NCBI GenBank assembly: GCA_964291265.2
Contig: OZ219747.1
Coordinates: 3,904,001 to 3,968,000, forward strand
Length of the DNA stretch: 64,000 bases
Source of the DNA: Alphaproteobacteria bacterium
GTDB taxonomy: Bacteria; Pseudomonadota; Alphaproteobacteria; SP197
Direction of reading: 5' to 3'
Under the pieces are notes generated by a model, which saw only the letters and a list, made by a program, of their open reading frames with translations, ran no database searches and was not told the DNA's origin. The position numbers and the translations under genes are program-made. Shown piece by piece: positions 10,434 to 21,250 of the stretch (positions are counted from its first letter, which is position 1; each line of letters begins with the position of its first letter).

Positions 10434-11330
10434 CTATTCGGCGAATGTGTCAGAACGAGGGCCGGTCTGCAGGCCCTCGAAACTCGTCAGGAAACGCAGG
10501 AAGTCTCCGTCCGGCGACAGCACCAGTGTGGTATCCGTGGAATTGAGCGCCTCGCGATAGGCCTGCATGGTGCGATAGAACGTGAAGAAATCCACGTCGC
10601 GGCCGAAGGCCTCGGCAAAGATGCGCACCACTTCCCCGTCCCCCTCACCACGCAGGATTTCGGAATCGCGCCTTGCTTCCGACAGCAGCACGGTGCGGGT
10701 CCGGTCGGCTTCGGCGCGAATGCGCAATGACTGTTCCTCGCCTTCGGCGCGGATCTCGCTTGCCTCGCGCTCACGCTCGGTCTGCATGCGCCGGTAGATG
10801 GCCTGGCTGTTTTCCTGGGGAAGGTCGGTGCGCTTGATGCGCACGTCCGTCACCTCGATGCCATACTGCTCGGTCGCCCTGATCAGGGATTCCTGAATCG
10901 CGCTCATCAACGCCTCGCGTTCACCCGAAACGACATCGACCAGCGGCACGCGCCCGATGTGCTGGCGCAGCGTTCCGGTCAGCGTTCTCAGCATGAACCC
11001 CTCGAAACGGTCGATGGTGATCGCCGAGTTCTTGAACTTCAGGGGATCCGTGATTCGATAGAGTGCGAAGGCATCGACAACCAGGCGCTTCTGGTCCGAC
11101 GCGGTCACCTGTTCGGGCTCTCCATCGACCTGGATGATGCGTTTTTCGTAGTAGATGACGTCCTGCCAGGGAAGCTTGAAATCGAGACCAGGCTCGGTCA
11201 CCACCCGCTTGGGATCACCGAACTGGACGACGATCCCCTGCTCGTACTCGGCGACGGTGAAGACCGACATGGAACCGACCACCATGAGAGCGGCAACGGC
11301 GATGACTGAGAGAATGATCTTGATGTTCAT
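10434..11330 (-). CDS. hflC: FtsH protease modulator HflC
   Basis: SPFH domain; DVRIKRTDLP, RMQTEREREA, FFTFYRTMQAY. Confidence 0.95.
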   Translation of the reverse strand: MNIKIILSVIAVAALMVVGSMSVFTVAEYEQGIVVQFGDPKRVVTEPGLDFKLPWQDVIYYEKRIIQVDGEPEQVTASDQKRLVVDAFALYRITDPLKFKNSAITIDRFEGFMLRTLTGTLRQHIGRVPLVDVVSGEREALMSAIQESLIRATEQYGIEVTDVRIKRTDLPQENSQAIYRRMQTEREREASEIRAEGEEQSLRIRAEADRTRTVLLSEARRDSEILRGEGDGEVVRIFAEAFGRDVDFFTFYRTMQAYREALNSTDTTLVLSPDGDFLRFLTSFEGLQTGPRSDTFAE

Positions 11331-11333
11331 GGT

Positions 11334-12386
11334 TCAGCCCTCCTGGTCGCTGCTTCGCCGCAGCTGGTCGAGCGGCAGGTAGGGTACGACCCCCTGGCCA
11401 TCGATGGCGCCGGTGTCGATGACGATCTTCTCCATGTCCCGCAGCACCGTCTCCATGGTCTCGAGGTAGATGCGCCGCTCCGTCACGTCCTCGGCCAGGA
11501 TGTATTCGTTGTAGACCGACATGAAGCGGGCGGCATCGCCCTCGGCCGTGTTGATCACCTGTTCCTTGTAGGCCTCCGCCTCCTGGATCATGCGCTGCGC
11601 ATCACCTCGGGCCACCGGCACGATCTGGTTCTGGTAGGCCTGTGCCTCGTTGATCGAGCGTTCCTGGTCCGCTCGTGCCGCCTGGACATCGCGGAAGGCG
11701 TCGATTACCGCTGCCGGTGGATCGACGCTCTGCAACTCGACCTGGCGGACCTCGACCCCGGCGCCGTACTCATCGAGCATCGCCTGCATCAGCTCCAGGG
11801 TCTTCTGTTCGACTTCCGCCCTTCCTTCGGCAAGCGCCGTCGCCAAGGGGGTGCGACCGATGGCCTGACGCATGGCACTCTCGGCCACGTTGCGTGTCGT
11901 TCCCTCCGGATCGGAGATGTTGAACAGGAACTTTCCGGCGTCGTCGATCTTCCACTTCACGACGAACTTGACGTCGATGATGTTCTCGTCGCCGGTCAGC
12001 ATCAGGCTCTGGTTGGGTGTGGTGCCGATGTTGAACTGCTGGATTTCCGTCACGGTCGGCGTGAAGACCTGTCCGACGGGCGACGGCCAGTTGTAGTCGA
12101 GACCGGGTGTCGTCGTGTTGACCCAGCGTCCGAAGACAACCTCGACACCCTGCTCATTGGTGTCGACGCGGTAAATTCCGCTTGCCAGCCAGACGACGAC
12201 CAGCACGACGAGAATGATCAGGATACTCCTGATTCCGCCGAAGCCTCCGGGCAGGAATCGCCGGCCCTTCTTCTGCATGTTGCGGACGAGTTCCTCGAAT
12301 TCACGGCCGCCGCCTGTGGGTCGTCGCCCCCAGGGACCGCCGCCGGAACCACCCCATCCACCTCCACCACCGTCATTCCAGGACAT
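11334..12386 (-). CDS. hflK: FtsH protease modulator HflK
   Basis: Gly-rich N-terminus, MLTGDENI, AFRDVQAA, RIYLETME. Confidence 0.95.
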   Translation of the reverse strand: MSWNDGGGGGWGGSGGGPWGRRPTGGGREFEELVRNMQKKGRRFLPGGFGGIRSILIILVVLVVVWLASGIYRVDTNEQGVEVVFGRWVNTTTPGLDYNWPSPVGQVFTPTVTEIQQFNIGTTPNQSLMLTGDENIIDVKFVVKWKIDDAGKFLFNISDPEGTTRNVAESAMRQAIGRTPLATALAEGRAEVEQKTLELMQAMLDEYGAGVEVRQVELQSVDPPAAVIDAFRDVQAARADQERSINEAQAYQNQIVPVARGDAQRMIQEAEAYKEQVINTAEGDAARFMSVYNEYILAEDVTERRIYLETMETVLRDMEKIVIDTGAIDGQGVVPYLPLDQLRRSSDQEG

Positions 12387-12509
12387 GGGTTCGCTGCCTT
12401 CCTGGCGGATCCTGGTGTGCCGGGCTCCGCACTTTTTGGGTTGTTGCCAAGGGTTCGTGCGTTATATGTCACCTGCGTGTTGTCTGCAACGCGGGAAGGA
12501 TGGCGAGCG

Positions 12510-13580
12510 ATGGCACGAGTTAAGCAAGAGACAGTCGAGGCGGCGCTTCGCGGAGTCATCGATCCCGGAAGCGGCCGACCGATCAGCGACGAGGGACTCG
12601 TCTCCGATCTCGTCGTCAAGGACGGCAATGTCGGTCTTGTCATGGAGGTGCCGGCTGACCGCGGCCACATGTACGAGCCGGTGCGCAAGGCCGCCGAAGA
12701 TGCCATTCGCGCCCTGCCCGGTGTTCTCTCGTCAAGCGTCGTCATGACCGCTCACCGAGATCAGGCCGCCTCGGCGCAACCGGCCGGAGGCGTCGATGGC
12801 GTCAAGGCCATCGTGGCGGTCGCCAGCGGCAAGGGCGGCGTCGGCAAGTCGACCACCGCAGCCAATCTGGCGCTCGCCCTGGCCGCCGGCGGCAGCAAGG
12901 TGGTTTTCCTTGATGCGGACATCTACGGGCCTTCGGCGCCGCGCCTCTTCGGACTGACGGGCAAGCCCGAGACCGACGGCACCCTGCTCTATCCGAAGCT
13001 GGCCCACGGCATCGCGATCATGTCGATCGGCCTGCTGATCGAAGAGGACCAGCCCATGGTGTGGCGCGGACCGATGGTGCAGAGCGCCCTCGAGCAGATG
13101 CTGCGCCAGGTGGCATGGGGCGAGGCCGACATCATGATCGTCGATCTGCCGCCGGGGACCGGCGACATCCAGCTTTCGCTCACCCAGAGAACGCCGCTCG
13201 CTGGCGCCGTGATCGTTTCGACACCGCAGGATCTGTCGCTCATCGATGCCCGCAAGGGACTCAACATGTTCCGCAAGGTGGATGTTCCCATCCTCGGCAT
13301 TGTCGAGAACATGAGCTACTTCTCCTGCCCGGCCTGCGGTCACCGCACCGAGGTCTTCGCCCATGGTGGCGCGAGGCAGGAGGCTGTCAGGCTGGGAACC
13401 TCCTTCCTGGGCGAGATTCCACTCGACATCAGGATTCGCGAGACCTCGGACAGCGGTCTTCCCATCGTCGCGGCCGAACCCGGGGGCGCCATTGCCAGCG
13501 CCTACAAGGCGGTGGCCTCGGCGGTGCTGGAGAGCCTGCCGGGCGCGCGTCCGGAAGGCCCGCGCATCGTCATCGAGTAG
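12510..13580 (+). CDS. mrp: Mrp/ApbC (NBP35) Fe-S cluster carrier ATPase
   Basis: GKGGVGKST, DADIYGPS, WRGPM, DLPPGTGD, ENMS..CPAC. Confidence 0.94.
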   Translation: MARVKQETVEAALRGVIDPGSGRPISDEGLVSDLVVKDGNVGLVMEVPADRGHMYEPVRKAAEDAIRALPGVLSSSVVMTAHRDQAASAQPAGGVDGVKAIVAVASGKGGVGKSTTAANLALALAAGGSKVVFLDADIYGPSAPRLFGLTGKPETDGTLLYPKLAHGIAIMSIGLLIEEDQPMVWRGPMVQSALEQMLRQVAWGEADIMIVDLPPGTGDIQLSLTQRTPLAGAVIVSTPQDLSLIDARKGLNMFRKVDVPILGIVENMSYFSCPACGHRTEVFAHGGARQEAVRLGTSFLGEIPLDIRIRETSDSGLPIVAAEPGGAIASAYKAVASAVLESLPGARPEGPRIVIE

Positions 13581-13589
13581 GCTCCGCCC

Positions 13590-14501
13590 TCAGGGACGGT
13601 CCTCCAGCACGGCCTGCAGTGCGTCCCACATCCGCCGTGACAGTCCGCTCGTTTCAAGGGTCACCGTCTCGCCCTTCACCATGCGGCGCACCGCGGCCAG
13701 TTGCTTGGCCGTCAGTTCCGCTCCCTCAAGCCGGCAATCGACGAAGGCCTCGTGGGCCAGAGGAACCCAGGCCTTCACCGTCTCCAGCATGGCCTCGGCG
13801 TAGACCCGGATCTCGTACTGGGCATGAGGGTCCGCCCGCAGGGCCAGGAAATGAAGCAGGTTGTGGAGGTTGGTCTTCCAGTACCACTGGGTGTAGATGC
13901 CGAGCGGCAGGTTGATGCGCGCCAGTTCACGGGCAAGGTCGGGGCCCTCTCCGTCGAGCATCTCTTCGTAGTGTGCGTAGGCGCGGCTGGCGTCCTCCTT
14001 GAGAATCTCCAGCACCCTCGCCGCCTCGTCGTCCTCGAGAATGTCGCTCCGGCCCTGCCGGTTCTGCGTCGACTGGCGCGCCAGGTTGCGAGGCGCCGGA
14101 ACATGGAACTCGCGGTCGAGAATCGAATAGCGCGCCGAGACCTCGTTGACGCTGGCCGTACGGTGGCGAATCCACTGGCGGGCCACGAACACCGGCAGCC
14201 TGACGTGGTACTTGATCTCGCACATCTCGAAGGGTGTGGTGTGGCGGTGTTGCATGAGGTAGGCGATGAGCCCCGCATCGCCGCGCACCGAGCGCGTGCC
14301 GGTGCCGTAGGACACCCGCGCCGCCTGGACGATGGCGCTGTCGTCTCCGAGGTAGTCGATGACACGCAGGAATCCGTGATCGAGCACCTCGATCGGCTCG
14401 TAGAGCAAGTCTTCCAGCCCCGGCGACACCACCCGCCGCGTCGTTTCGCAACGGGACCGCTGTGCCTCGATCTCCCGCGCCTGTGCTCGCGTGATGCTCA
14501 T
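13590..14501 (-). CDS. thyX: FAD-dependent thymidylate synthase
   Basis: [37 protein letters not shown]; start MSITRAQ at 14501. Confidence 0.96.
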   Translation of the reverse strand: MSITRAQAREIEAQRSRCETTRRVVSPGLEDLLYEPIEVLDHGFLRVIDYLGDDSAIVQAARVSYGTGTRSVRGDAGLIAYLMQHRHTTPFEMCEIKYHVRLPVFVARQWIRHRTASVNEVSARYSILDREFHVPAPRNLARQSTQNRQGRSDILEDDEAARVLEILKEDASRAYAHYEEMLDGEGPDLARELARINLPLGIYTQWYWKTNLHNLLHFLALRADPHAQYEIRVYAEAMLETVKAWVPLAHEAFVDCRLEGAELTAKQLAAVRRMVKGETVTLETSGLSRRMWDALQAVLEDRP

Positions 14502-14719
14502 GCCAGGGGCATACACGAGGCGGCCACCGACGACAACGCCCCCTTGACGGCTGCCTCGACCGAGGCGTCCCCCCTGATCCCACAACTGACGTTCGCGCCG
14601 GCAATCCCGATGATCATCGCGGAACCGTTTTCTTTCGCGATCCGCCACGAGCCGGTGGCACAGGAGGTCTGGGAGCGTTCCGATTCGATGACAGTCATCG
14701 CCCGGTGGGCATTCACTGA

Positions 14720-15365
14720 GAACCACGAGACCCGTGACGTGCCGTTTCTGCGACAATGGCCGCGGCGTTCAGGTGGAATTCGAGAACCGACGCCCGCCCC
14801 AGATCCGTGGCGATCCTTCTGCCGCATCAGGGGCGGCATAGTGGAACTACCAACGAGGCTGCTCCACAGCCGGAAGCCCAAGCCTGACGGGACCTATCGC
14901 TCGAGCCCGTTCTGCCATGCGGTCGAGGGAATCACCGAGCGAGCGAGCGAGATCGTGGCCAGACGCGGACCGCGTCCGGTTGCGCTCTGTCGGGGCGCCT
15001 GCAGCATGGTGATCCCCGCGACCGTGCCGTCGCACTTGCCTGCATGGAGGCGGTCAGAACGCCGTCGGCGTTCGATGCAAGCGCCATTGACCAGCCGGCA
15101 AGCCCAGGCGCTGCATGGACGTTGGCAGGGCCGTCTCCGGCCTTCGAGACAAGGGTTGTCACTCTCCTCATCGGCACCGTGATGCAGTTCCTGGAGCCGG
15201 CGTCGTCTCCATGGTTCCGATGTTGAGGCCACCTGCCTGACGAACAGGTCCGCGAGTGGGGCGCACATCGCGGCCACTTGCTCTGCGTCGACGACGGCTT
15301 CGACCGCTACACCGGTCAGCCGCTCATGGGCAACGTCGCGGTCAACGTGCGGGCGGCGCATCCCC
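14720..15365 (+). pseudogene. Heavily deleted molybdopterin oxidoreductase
   Basis: Fragments in changing frames: [14 protein letters not shown]...RGDP (4Fe-4S N-term), RLLHSRK..DGTY, IVARRGPR.VAL, SAIDQP, TLLIGT, C-terminal DGFDRYTGQPLMGNVAVNV. Confidence 0.65.
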
Positions 15366-15710
15366 TGCAGTCGACCGAGTTCCCTCGCATGCTCGCGGAC
15401 CGCGAACTCGGCCTCCCTGCTCAGGAAGGTTCGGCGAGGCCGTGCACGTCGCCCACCTTGGCGGCCATGGCGACCTCAAGCATGGTCTCGATCCCGGCAG
15501 TCAGATCACATGTTCAGACCCGCTTCATCAGAACCGCCGCAAGACACCTCGTCGGGTTCCGGGGCCGGTCAGAGCGTGTGCAGCACCAGGAACGACAACC
15601 GCTGCTGCGTCATGTTTGTCATGACTCGACAAGACCGGCTGCCATCCCGGGCTGTCGGTGCGGCGGTGATGGCCGGAGAAGCCTGGGTGCCGTGATGCTG
15701 CGGAAAAAGG

Positions 15711-15739
15711 GTTGCATGGCGGCGGCGGTACGACTATAT
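15711..15739 (+). promoter_or_regulatory. ssrA promoter
   Basis: GTTGCA-N17-CTATAT, close to the alphaproteobacterial CTTGAC-N17-CTATAT consensus, directly upstream of tmRNA. Confidence 0.65.
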
Positions 15740-15744
15740 GACGG

Positions 15745-16003
15745 GTTGCCCGGTGCGCCGGGCTATGGCGATAAATGTCGTTCGGAATAGACGTTGCGGA
15801 CGCGGGGGCAGTACCCGCCGCCTCCACCATCAACCCATGGGGGCGAACCAGGATCGACGTGCGTGGCAAAGGTGCGATTTTCGCCCGGCATGATACCGCC
15901 GTTATCGGGTCAATCACACAAACGCCAACGACAACGAGGCGTTCGCTGTCGCCGCTTGAGCGACAAGCGCGGTTTGGAGGGCACCGGGCAACAGAAGCCC
16001 TCC
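15745..16003 (+). ncRNA. ssrA: Circularly permuted two-piece tmRNA, tag ANDNEAFAVAA
   Basis: Acceptor 3' part GCGGGGGCAGTACCCGCCGCCTCCACCA (ends 15829) precedes GGGGGCGAACCAGGATCGAC (15839); tag ORF 15924-15959; next to sspB; outer ends approximate. Confidence 0.95.
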
Positions 16004-16035
16004 GTCATGTCATTCCCTGACGGTCCGAACGAGCG

Positions 16036-16473
16036 ATGAGAGAATCCATCCACTATGGACTTCTGGTTGACGGCGCCCTGCGCAGCGTCGTGGCCCGCGC
16101 CCTTGAGATTGCCGCGCGTGACGGCTTGCCCGGTGAGCACCACTTCTACATCACTTTCCGTACCGACCACCCCGGCGTCAGGATGGCCAAGGCCCTGAAG
16201 GCCCGCTATCCCGAAGACATCACGATCGTCATCCAGAACCAGTTCTGGAATCTCGAAGTCGACGAAGAAGGTTTCTCCATCGGTCTTTCCTTTGATCGAA
16301 TGCCCCACGAACTCGGTGTTCCCTGGACCGCGGTCACCTCGTTCGTCGACCCAAGCGTCAAGTTCGGCCTGAACTTCAAGGCGGGCGTGGGGGAACCGGC
16401 CGCCGAGGAAGAGCCTGAGCCACCCGAAGGCGATGGCACCATCGTCTCCCTCGATGCCTTCCGCAAGAAGTGA
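16036..16473 (+). CDS. sspB: ClpXP specificity-enhancing factor (alphaproteobacterial SspB)
   Basis: GLPGEHHFYITF, YPEDITIVIQNQFW, FVDPSVKFGL, VSLDAFRKK tail. Confidence 0.93.
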   Translation: MRESIHYGLLVDGALRSVVARALEIAARDGLPGEHHFYITFRTDHPGVRMAKALKARYPEDITIVIQNQFWNLEVDEEGFSIGLSFDRMPHELGVPWTAVTSFVDPSVKFGLNFKAGVGEPAAEEEPEPPEGDGTIVSLDAFRKK

Positions 16474-16489
16474 AGTTGCAATCCACGAT

Positions 16490-16504
16490 TGAGAATCGTT
16501 CGCA
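16490..16504. promoter_or_regulatory. Fur-box-like operator upstream of fumC
   Basis: TGAGAAT-C-GTTCGCA vs the 7-1-7 consensus TGATAAT-N-ATTATCA; matches the boxes upstream of fbpA. Confidence 0.5.
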
Positions 16505-16559
16505 AGGACGAGGCACAGTGTGGTAAGGAAGGCCTGCCCTGACAGGGAACCTTGAGCTC

Positions 16560-17959
<1,400 letters not shown>

Positions 17960-17963
<4 letters not shown>

Positions 17964-19630
17964 ACCTTCCGGGCACACGGATGCGACCCGCTTCCGGCTG
18001 GTGGCAGCTCTTTCCGGCGGCGGCGCTCTTCATTGCCGTCGTCATCTCCCTTCCCATCCTTGCCGTGGTGTCGAATCTCTTCACCGGCAGCGGTGTCGTG
18101 TGGACCGGTCTCATCGATCGCATTCTCTCGGTCTATGTCGTCAACACCGTGGTGCTGCTGGCCGGAGTGGCCGTGGTTGCCGGGATCATCGGAACCGGGA
18201 CCGCGTGGCTCGTCACCATGTGCGAGTTTCCGGGACGGCGTCACATGGAATGGCTGCTCCTGCTGCCCTTCGCCGCTCCGGCCTATGTCATCGCCTACGC
18301 CTACACCGACTTCCTGGAATTCGCCGGGCCGGTGCAGACTCTCCTGCGCGACCTGACCGGCTGGGGGCGCCGTGACTACTGGTTCCCGGAGATTCGCTCC
18401 ACAGCGGGCGCCATCGCCATGCTGTCGCTGGTGCTCTACCCGTATGTCTATCTCCTGGGGCGCAACGCGTTCCTGTCACAGTCGGTCCAGGCTCTCGGTG
18501 TCGCCCGGTCCCTGGGGCTCGGCCCCTGGTCCGCATTCGCCCGTGTTGCCCTGCCCATGGCCCGCCCCGCCATTGCCGCCGGCCTTGCTCTGGCGCTCAT
18601 GGAGACGCTTGCCGACTTCGGAACCGTCGAGTTCTTCGGGGTCCAGACATTCACCACCGGCATCTACCGGACATGGTTCATCAGGGGTTCGCCCGAAGGC
18701 GCGGCACAGCTAGCCAACATCCTGCTCCTCTTCGTCCTGGTCGTGATTCTCCTGGAGAAGGGCTCCCGGGGACGGGCCCGGTATGCGACCGGGACGGGCC
18801 GCTTCCAACCGTTGCCGCGCTTTGCCCTCGGCGGAATCAGGGCCTGGGCCGCCTTCCTTGCCACCACGGCGCCGGTCGTGCTGGGATTCGCGGTTCCGGC
18901 CTGTCTTCTTCTTGACCTCTCCTTTGCCTCAGGTGACCCGATGCCCTTCGCGGCGTTCATGACCTACGCCGGCAACTCGATCCAGGTGGCCGGACTGGCC
19001 GCCCTCCTGGCCGTTGCCGCGGCCGTGACCCTGGGTTACGCGGCACGCCTCGCGGCAGGACCGTTGACGATCGGCGCCGCACGGATCGCCTCCATGGGCT
19101 ATGCCATCCCGGGATCGGTCATCGCAGTCGGGGTCCTGGTTCCCCTTGCCTGGTTCGACAATCGTCTCGATGCCTTCATGAAGGCGGCGTTCGGGGTGTC
19201 GACAGGACTGCTGCTGACCGGCTCGATCGCCGCGCTGCTTCTCGCCTACGTCGTGCGATTCATCGCGGTTGCCTACCACAGTACCGATGCGGGGCTGGCC
19301 AGGGTGACGCCGGCGATGGACGGCGCCTCGAGATCGCTGGGCCGCAGCCCCTTCTCCACCCTGACCGCGGTTCATGCGCCGCTGTTGCGGGGCAGCCTCC
19401 TCACCGGAGGCCTGCTGGTCTTCGTCGATGTCCTCAAGGAACTGCCGGCCACCTTGCTGGTGCGCCCCTTCAACTTCGAGACCCTGGCCACCAGGACGTG
19501 GCGGCTGGCGGCGGACGAACGGCTGGCCGAGGCCTCGACGGCGGCGCTGGCCATCGTGCTGGCGGGGGTTCTCCCCGTCATCCTGCTCTCCGGGAGGATC
19601 GCCCGGTCACGGCCGGGATCCCGGCCGTGA
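17960..19630 (+). CDS. fbpB: Fe3+ ABC transporter permease (FbpB/SfuB type)
   Basis: Two EAA-like loops, [26 protein letters not shown]; start overlaps the fumC stop (or ATG 17981). Confidence 0.9.
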
Positions 19631-19649
19631 CCGGTTGTGTCCGGAGGTC

Positions 19650-20660
19650 CTACTTCCAGCCGTTCTCTTCCATGATCTCGAGAGCGCGGGCGCGGTTGGC
19701 TCCGAACACCGCCGCATCGATGTCGTCGGCGACGAAGTCCCCGTAGAGAGCATCGAGCACATCCGCATGGGTGATGCCGTCGACCACCGGCCATTCGTTG
19801 TTGCTGTCGGCGAAGACCTGCTGGGCCATGTCGCTGGCCAGAAACTCCAGGAAGGCGATGGCGTTGTCGCGGTTGGGGGCGTGGGCGGCCACACCGGCCC
19901 CTGAAATGTTGACGTGGACCCCGCGGTCACCCTGGTTCGGCATGACGACGCGGATGGCATCGGCGATGTTCCGACTGGCCGGATCGTCGGATCTCGCAAG
20001 ACGTGCCAGGTAGTAGGTGTTGGCGACGGCGATCTCGCACTGGCCGGCGGCCACCGCCCTGATCTGGCCTGTATCGTTGGATTCCGGTTCACGCGCCATG
20101 TTGGCCACCAGCCCCCTCACCCATTGCGCGGTGTCGTCCTCGCCATTGGCGACGATGAGCGAGGCCACCAGAGACTGGTTGTAGATGTTCCCGGATGAGC
20201 GAATGCAGATGGCATCGTCAAACCGCGGATCCGCCAGATCCTCATAGCGTTCGAGGCCTGTCGAATCGAAGTCGCTCTTCACCATGATCACGCGGGCGCG
20301 CCTGGTGAAGGCAAACCACTCGCCATCGGGATGGCGCAGGGAGGCGGGTATCCGGGATTCCAGCTCGGTCGAGGAGACGCCCTGGAGTAGTCCGTTGAGG
20401 GAGGCGGACATCAGGTTCGAGGCATCGGCCGTCATGAAGACGTCAACGGGACTGTTCCTGCCTTCGATCCTCATCCTCTCCATCAGGGCGCCGGCCTTGT
20501 CCTCGATGACATTGACGGTGACTCCGGTGGCCTCGTGGAAGGCTTCATAGAGCTGGGTATCGGCATCGTAGTGGCGTGCCGTATAGAGGTTGACCTCACC
20601 GTCCGCCGCTGCCTGCAGCGACAGGGAGACGAGAGTGAGCGCAACAATTCGCACGGACAT
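19650..20660 (-). CDS. fbpA: Fe3+ ABC transporter substrate-binding protein (FbpA/FutA type)
   Basis: VNLYTARHY, RSSGNIYNQSL, NTYY, HVNISG; signal peptide from ATG 20660. Confidence 0.93.
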   Translation of the reverse strand: MSVRIVALTLVSLSLQAAADGEVNLYTARHYDADTQLYEAFHEATGVTVNVIEDKAGALMERMRIEGRNSPVDVFMTADASNLMSASLNGLLQGVSSTELESRIPASLRHPDGEWFAFTRRARVIMVKSDFDSTGLERYEDLADPRFDDAICIRSSGNIYNQSLVASLIVANGEDDTAQWVRGLVANMAREPESNDTGQIRAVAAGQCEIAVANTYYLARLARSDDPASRNIADAIRVVMPNQGDRGVHVNISGAGVAAHAPNRDNAIAFLEFLASDMAQQVFADSNNEWPVVDGITHADVLDALYGDFVADDIDAAVFGANRARALEIMEENGWK

Positions 20661-20676
20661 CGTGTTCCCCTTTTCT

Positions 20677-20754
20677 TGCGAATGATTATCACTAGCCCCT
20701 CTGTGGCGCACCACCAGCCGCATGTCAAGTCGTTTGCGAATGATAATCAATGTC
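20677..20754. promoter_or_regulatory. Two Fur-box-like operators upstream of fbpA
   Basis: GCGAATGATTATCACTAGC (20678-20696) and GCGAATGATAATCAATGTC (20736-20754), AT-rich islands in GC-rich DNA. Confidence 0.75.
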
Positions 20755-21250
20755 AAATACGCAATGCGCCACCGAAGCCCCGGCGCCTTGTCTGGCTCCC
20801 CCTGCCTGTGAGAGCTCGCAATGTCCCCGCCACGACCAAGGTCCTTGCCGCTGCATTGCGCCATGTTGCCAACGTGTTCCCGGATGAACGTCGTGAACGA
20901 CTGCTCGCTCCTAGCGATCATGGGTCGTCCTGACGGCGCAGGGGTAAGGACATCGTGGCCCGGCGAGCTCGGGCCTGGCGCTGTTCGGCGTGTCGAATCG
21001 CGCCGGTCCCGCACTGGAGGATTCGGACGTGACCGCGGAACCCAAGTGCCTGCTCGACGATGAGCCGACCGGACGGCAGGAGATGACGGGGGCGACCGAC
21101 GCGGTGTGCGGCCCGGCAGCCGGTCCCGGTGCTGTCGAGCGCGGCGCGTGTGTTGCGGCCATCTTTCATATGCTTTACGGATTGCACTGATGGGTTCGCT
21201 GCGGTCGTGCGGGCGCGGCGGCCCGGATTTCGTGACGGGAGGATGAGGTC

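Noticed and set aside
14520-15700. Integrative element at ssrA
   Set aside because: No integrase and no duplicated tmRNA end were found.
20990-21085. EPKCLLDDEPTG as a remnant of the missing iron ABC ATPase
   Set aside because: Only one short Walker-B-like motif; no Walker A or signature sequence found.
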